NCBI GenBank assembly: GCA_030167865.1
Contig: JALAGF010002221.1
Location: 1 to 61,670 of the forward strand
Direction of reading: 5' to 3'
Source of the DNA: Craspedostauros australis
Taxonomy: Eukaryota
DNA length: 61,670 nucleotides
The notes beneath the pieces are model-generated. The model searched no databases. It had not been told where the DNA came from and saw nothing but the letters and a program-made list of their open reading frames with translations. This document shows, piece after piece, positions 57,101 to 61,670 of the stretch. Each line of letters begins with the position of its first letter. Within the stretch, counting starts at the first letter, position 1. Position numbers and translations under genes: made by a program.

Positions 57101-58180
57101 GATGTGGACTTTTGCCGCGCTGTTGCCGCGGCTATATTCAAGGGTGACAGCGGCAGAGTGGAGTTCACTGATTTGACCACGACTGATCGATTCGTTGCAC
57201 TGAGAGACGGCGAAGTGGACGTGTTGGCTCGGCTGACAACTCACACGCTTGAGCGTGACGTGAGGGAGCCAACCTCAAAGGTTGGCTTTGCATTTTCAGC
57301 ACCGACCTTCCATGACGGTTTGCAGTTTGGAGGCATCCCAGCGTGAGTTACTTGCAGCTGTGGCGTTGCTCGAAAGTGGCTGTTGGCGTGCATGGAGTCT
57401 GGTGTTTGATTGCATGTCGAGGCTGGCGTGGCCAGGCCAAGTGAAGCTTGCGTTCTCGTCCATTCGAGTATGATACAGGCATCATCGCATTCTATTACTC
57501 CAACGATGCATGCGCGCATACTCACTCGCAACACCTACAATTTCCATTTTCAATCTTCAATAACTTGCCGATGGCACGCGCTTTTCGATCTACCCAGTTT
57601 TGTGCAATGCGCCGACAATGAGGACATCACATCCATCTCATGCCGCTCGCTGAAGGCCTGCGTCATTCAAGACACAACATTCGAGGCCGCGCTCGCTGAG
57701 ATCTTCATGGCGGATCTTGTGGTTTCTCGAGACAGCATCCAAAGCATCGCCCAAGCTTTGAATGATGGAACATGCAATGTGGTCGCTGGTGGCGTGCTCG
57801 ACGTCTATGAACCGACGATCCGCGAGAACGGGTACAGCGGAGCGTATCGAGCAGGGATCAAGCGCTTCTCGAGGGAACCGTTGGCATTGGTCACCCGCGA
57901 AGATGATGCGTTATGGTCTCGGTTCGTGTTCTGGGTGGTGATCGGGACATTCTTCGCCGAGAATGAAGGAATCACGAGCCAGACATTCAGCAGGATGCCC
58001 GCTGTCAATTTGTTCGGTCCCGACTTCACCACGATGCTGAAGGATTCGACGATGGCAGTCGGTTCGTATGCGCAAATCTTCCAACGCAATGGTGGCGATG
58101 TGCTGCCCCAGGATGGGCAGAACGCGCTGAATCAATTCCTCACGAGTCCACAGATCAGTTCCTTGCCGGGCATCATCTAA
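54193..58180 (+). CDS. Single-pass membrane protein with two tandem AapJ/BztA-like amino-acid-binding (PBP2) domains, 5 exons (54193-55317, 55650-55805, 56044-56869, 57096-57342, 57598-58180), ~978 aa
   Basis: Two copies of RG.LRCG, G.DVD.C.A.A...F, RF..L...E.D.L and GNY/GSY...F.R. TM CIVTVLIVCLIIFFALLVAAIISV. All four GT-AG introns preserve the frame. Confidence 0.85.
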
Positions 58181-58511
58181 GCGCAACACACGGATATCGA
58201 TGCCAAGAGTGGCATGGGGAATGGGAAATGATATTCGCGGGTGTCTGCACCTACGTTGAGAGTGGGAGATGAGGATCACGGGTTTCACGAGGGGAAAGAA
58301 ATGAAGCTGGCACCAACAAACAAGCAAATGAACGAACTGACATTGGAGACGAACGCCGCAAACTCAATTTTGATGATTTCTGATCGTACAAACAGGCTAT
58401 AGTAATGAGGATGTAACATGTTGATGTACCCCGTTCTGCCAGGACATCTGTTGCTATCAGGATTGATGGCAGCGCTATTCCTATTGCGTTTCGTACACGT
58501 ACATACGACGT

Positions 58512-60107
58512 TTACATCTTCGCCTGCTCCCAATACTTCAGCATCAGTGGCGCAACCTGCTTGCGACTTGCTTTGGCGTTGTCTTGATCAAAGTAGGCGA
58601 TTTGCAATCCATCCTCGCTACCACCGTACGTCACCTTCGTTGATACCCGAAGGTTCAGATTGCCGGATGTTTGGACGTGCCCAACCATGTTGTGGAATAG
58701 TTCGCCGCGACCGCAAATGGCGAGCTGGCGCGCGAGGCCGCTAGCACTCGACGTCGCGAACATCATGCCCAGCAATGGGATGTCTCTCGCTTTCATGAAG
58801 TCCTTAATTCCGTCGATATGATCTGGCTTGGTGGCAAACTGCTCCATGGTCTGCAGCACGGATGACATGCCGAATTGGATCTTGTTGCCGTTGCTGTTGT
58901 CAGGTAGTGTTGGCGAAAAACTCTTGTAGTCCAATCCAAGAGCATCCAACGTGGTGAGGTTATTCCAAAACGCCGGATTGAATTTTTGCGATTCCACTGT
59001 ATCGAAGAGTTTGAGGGGGTCCGGTCGGCACACGTCGTCGTCGGAGGAGGAGGCCGCAAGGATATCCTTCGTTGCTAGTATGTCTTTCATCGATTCCCAA
59101 TTGGTTTGCTCCAGAAGCTGCTGCATGGCCTTGGCATCGCGATGAGTGCCCTTGCCTGCGCTGGGTGACATGTTGACCGAATCCAGTAGAATCACCCCGA
59201 GCAACAGGATGGCGACCTGTGGTGGAAATTGGACGCACTCCGTGCCGGCACTCGCAACCTTCGACATGTATCGTTCCACGACGAGCGTGCAAGTACTCGC
59301 CACCGTTGCGGTGTTGTCCTGAAAGGCAATGTTGCGGACAGCGACGGTGTCGGTATGATGGCCTTCATCCATGTGGTGGTCCACGATCTCAACGGGTGTC
59401 CAGGTTTCGCACGCGACCAGGCGGTTGTGATCAACCAACGTGACCAGAGTTGGATTCTGCGCTGCCTCCGCCGTCATGCGAGCTTGGACCAAAGGATGAT
59501 CCAAGCAGACAAGTTGCGACGACGGTTCGATTCCGGCAAGCTCAAAGAGGAAGGCTATGTCCGGTCGCTGCGTTGTCAATTCTCGATCCGTGATGGATAT
59601 GACGGGCATCTTGGCAAACGACGCCTGTCCGCTACCACCACCATCACCACCGGCAGTAGCAGCACCGACAGTAGCAGCACCGACAGTAGCAGCACCAGCA
59701 GCCTCTTCGGAAATGGCATCAACGTATGCCAAGCCAATGGCGGAGATGATGGAATCCGCATCTGCTGCGGGATTCCCGATGACGAAATGCAAATTGTCCG
59801 CGGCATGTCGAGCTTCGGGTGTTGACAAAGAGCTCTCGATGAACCCCTTTTGGGCCACGAGAAAGTCCGTCAGTGAGAATTTCATCGTATTTTGCTCGGC
59901 AAGCTGCGAGGATGAAGAAAGGCGCAAGGAAGGCTGCAGCCCTTGGCGAGCGTACCAGCCCGTGCGATAGCCGTGAAAGAAGGCAGGCGCTGGTTGCTTG
60001 AAGAATGGGACTGTTCTTGTCGAGGCCCCGCACCTGACGATGAAAGCCCGTGAAGCAGCAGCCTGATGGATCAACGAAGCCAAGACAAGACGCTGTGGCA
60101 GATGCAT
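58512..60107 (-). CDS. PPX1: DHH-family exopolyphosphatase PPX1/PRUNE with N-terminal presequence
   Basis: GNPAADADSIISA, LVDHN, IVDHH, VASTCTLV, ILLDSVNM, LDYK and SRKQVAP. Start uncertain (60107 or 59885). Confidence 0.88.
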   Translation of the reverse strand: MHLPQRLVLASLIHQAAASRAFIVRCGASTRTVPFFKQPAPAFFHGYRTGWYARQGLQPSLRLSSSSQLAEQNTMKFSLTDFLVAQKGFIESSLSTPEARHAADNLHFVIGNPAADADSIISAIGLAYVDAISEEAAGAATVGAATVGAATAGGDGGGSGQASFAKMPVISITDRELTTQRPDIAFLFELAGIEPSSQLVCLDHPLVQARMTAEAAQNPTLVTLVDHNRLVACETWTPVEIVDHHMDEGHHTDTVAVRNIAFQDNTATVASTCTLVVERYMSKVASAGTECVQFPPQVAILLLGVILLDSVNMSPSAGKGTHRDAKAMQQLLEQTNWESMKDILATKDILAASSSDDDVCRPDPLKLFDTVESQKFNPAFWNNLTTLDALGLDYKSFSPTLPDNSNGNKIQFGMSSVLQTMEQFATKPDHIDGIKDFMKARDIPLLGMMFATSSASGLARQLAICGRGELFHNMVGHVQTSGNLNLRVSTKVTYGGSEDGLQIAYFDQDNAKASRKQVAPLMLKYWEQAKM

Positions 60108-60625
60108 CGGTGTCACTTGGTGTGTTGGTGCGGACAGCGCGCGTAGGGACAGCGTGTGTTTGAGCGTACTATATGCCTGAGGCTGTTTCCACCGTTGGAC
60201 GCGCGTGGCTTGCCGATGTCGTCTTCGTCGCTCTTGACAATGGTGCAAGCTACGGCTATGGGTTCGTCGTAGATCTTGCCAGCTCTGGTTGATCACCTTG
60301 ACGGCCGGCAAATCTTCGCGCTGTTGTTGTTCTCGTCATCGTTGTCTGGTGCCAAACATCCTTTTTTGCCGCCATGCGGGATTTGTTGAGTCCAGAGCCG
60401 AGTGTTTGGATTTGTCAATGGACGTGTTTGGGATGAGAAGCATCCTTGCGTCCTGTGCAGGTGGATCCCCTGCCAGCATCACCGCCCCAGCAGGACGAAA
60501 GGAAAACAAGCCCCATGCTGGCCGCGCCATAGGTCGTCAGCGTTGCGACAAGTGAATCCAAGAGTCCATCCAGCTGTTATCGCAAAAAACACATACACAA
60601 AGTCATTCGCATCAACATCATCACC

Positions 60626-61081
60626 ATGCCTCTTTCGTTGGAGAAGACGACACCATTGCATGGCATCGCATTCATGCTCTCCGCCGGGAGCATCTTCTAC
60701 ACCTACGGTTGGATCAGCGGCATGATCGATTCCTCTCACCTTCCTGGTGAGCTGTTTCAAGGGATCGGACCGAAAGGGAATCCGACAAAAACCGGCGACC
60801 GGGAGGCCAACGACGTGGAGAAGATCCTCTACAAGAACTACGTCATCGGCCTGTTGGTCACGCCAGCCATCGCGCTCGTCACGGCGTTGCAGTCCGGCGA
60901 AGCACAAGTGGAGCAGCTTGGGGCTATTACGGTGGCCACGGCCAACTGTCTCTACTCCTTGCATCTCTTCACGTCCATCAAGTCTGCATTCCGGAAGGGC
61001 ATGCGAGAAGCAGCAGCGACGAGCCATGCTGTTGTCGGCTTGATCTGCTTGTGGGAAGCTTGGAAACGTGGCAAAAAGTGA
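60626..61081 (+). CDS. Hypothetical small multi-pass membrane protein (151 aa)
   Basis: ATG in CACCATG context, coding-like codon use, about four hydrophobic segments and a KRGKK C-terminus. No family recognised. Confidence 0.6.
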   Translation: MPLSLEKTTPLHGIAFMLSAGSIFYTYGWISGMIDSSHLPGELFQGIGPKGNPTKTGDREANDVEKILYKNYVIGLLVTPAIALVTALQSGEAQVEQLGAITVATANCLYSLHLFTSIKSAFRKGMREAAATSHAVVGLICLWEAWKRGKK

Positions 61082-61463
61082 GGGCGGTTGCCAAAACTGC
61101 CTTCGGTGTCGTTGGGGCAACCCATTCTCTGCATGCGACAGAGGCCTCTACAAGTACTGTTCTTATTAATGACCAATGAAAACTGAAATTTTTGGAGCCC
61201 TGGTCAAGCTTTCGCCTCTGTCTCTCCTCGTACTCAAGCCCATGTGAGCAGAGCTCGAGGGGAAGTAAGCGTAGATTACATTGTGTCGACACACCTTTGG
61301 CAGTTCTTCCTTCGCCCTTTCTCTAGATGGTCTGAAGTCTTGACGTGCCTTGCCATCCTGTTGTGCGAATTGAATCTCCTATCAGATCAAAAGTCTATAT
61401 TCACCTTAGTCTATGTCTAGTCTTGTTCTCCGTAGACTGTGTCAGGTCACGCATGAGACTTTT

Positions 61464-61516
61464 NNNNNNNNNNNNNNNNNNNNNNNNNNNNNNNNNNNNN
61501 NNNNNNNNNNNNNNNN
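61464..61516. other. Assembly gap (N run)
   Basis: 53 N bases. Confidence 0.99.
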
Positions 61517-61670
61517 ACGGCGCTCAGATACCTGTCTTGGTATCTGAAGATGGTAATGAGTTGAAGGATGGATGTCAGGCCCTGCTTGTCATCCTCCTTA
61601 TGTGCACATGAACATACATGTCTACTGTCTTGGTGAGTGAATGTACCTGAGCATCTTGGCTCAGATACAA

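Noticed and set aside
1067-57597. Introner-like mobile intron family
   Set aside because: The 14 inferred introns show no obvious shared sequence or terminal repeats by eye, and all are ordinary GT-AG.
59654-59696. 15-bp tandem repeat encoding AATVG in PPX1
   Set aside because: An in-frame slippage repeat in a variable loop with no evidence of function.
8105-60107. DUF501 and exopolyphosphatase co-occurrence echoing the actinobacterial DUF501-ppx operon
   Set aside because: The genes are ~49 kb apart and this enzyme is DHH-family, not Ppx/GppA. Likely coincidence.

Overview
Gene-dense eukaryotic genomic DNA, almost certainly from a diatom. The evidence is an aureochrome, several bipartite signal-peptide + 'AF' plastid presequences, GT-AG introns, and diatom-type LRR and AapJ-like proteins. 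I can support about 24 protein-coding genes, nine of them spliced; exon junctions were worked out by hand. In order: MPS1 kinase, THOC1, DUF501, formiminotransferase, plastid IDI, class II CPD photolyase, CWC24, MRPL43, a TIGR04283-like GT2, a syntaxin, BUD22, an EF-hand/adenylate-kinase fusion, ATAD1/Msp1, an LRR protein, a second TIGR04283-like GT2, two tandem PLGG1/LrgB transporters, aureochrome 1a, a PPR protein, YchJ/SEC-C, a GST, a Kelch-MORN protein, a membrane-anchored double AapJ-like protein, a PPX1/PRUNE exopolyphosphatase and a small membrane protein. No rRNA, tRNA, CRISPR or recognisable transposase was seen, and there is one assembly gap. The most interesting observations are: (1) a Qa-SNARE with no transmembrane anchor that ends in a CaaX box; (2) a mitochondrial-type NMP kinase fused to an EF-hand pair; (3) a pair of glycosyltransferases of the arsenosugar-associated family; (4) tandem PLGG1 paralogues with different targeting presequences next to aureochrome, plus TGACGTCA palindromes found only in intergenic DNA; (5) a single-pass protein carrying two bacterial amino-acid-binding domains. 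All family assignments come from motif recognition by eye, not database searches.
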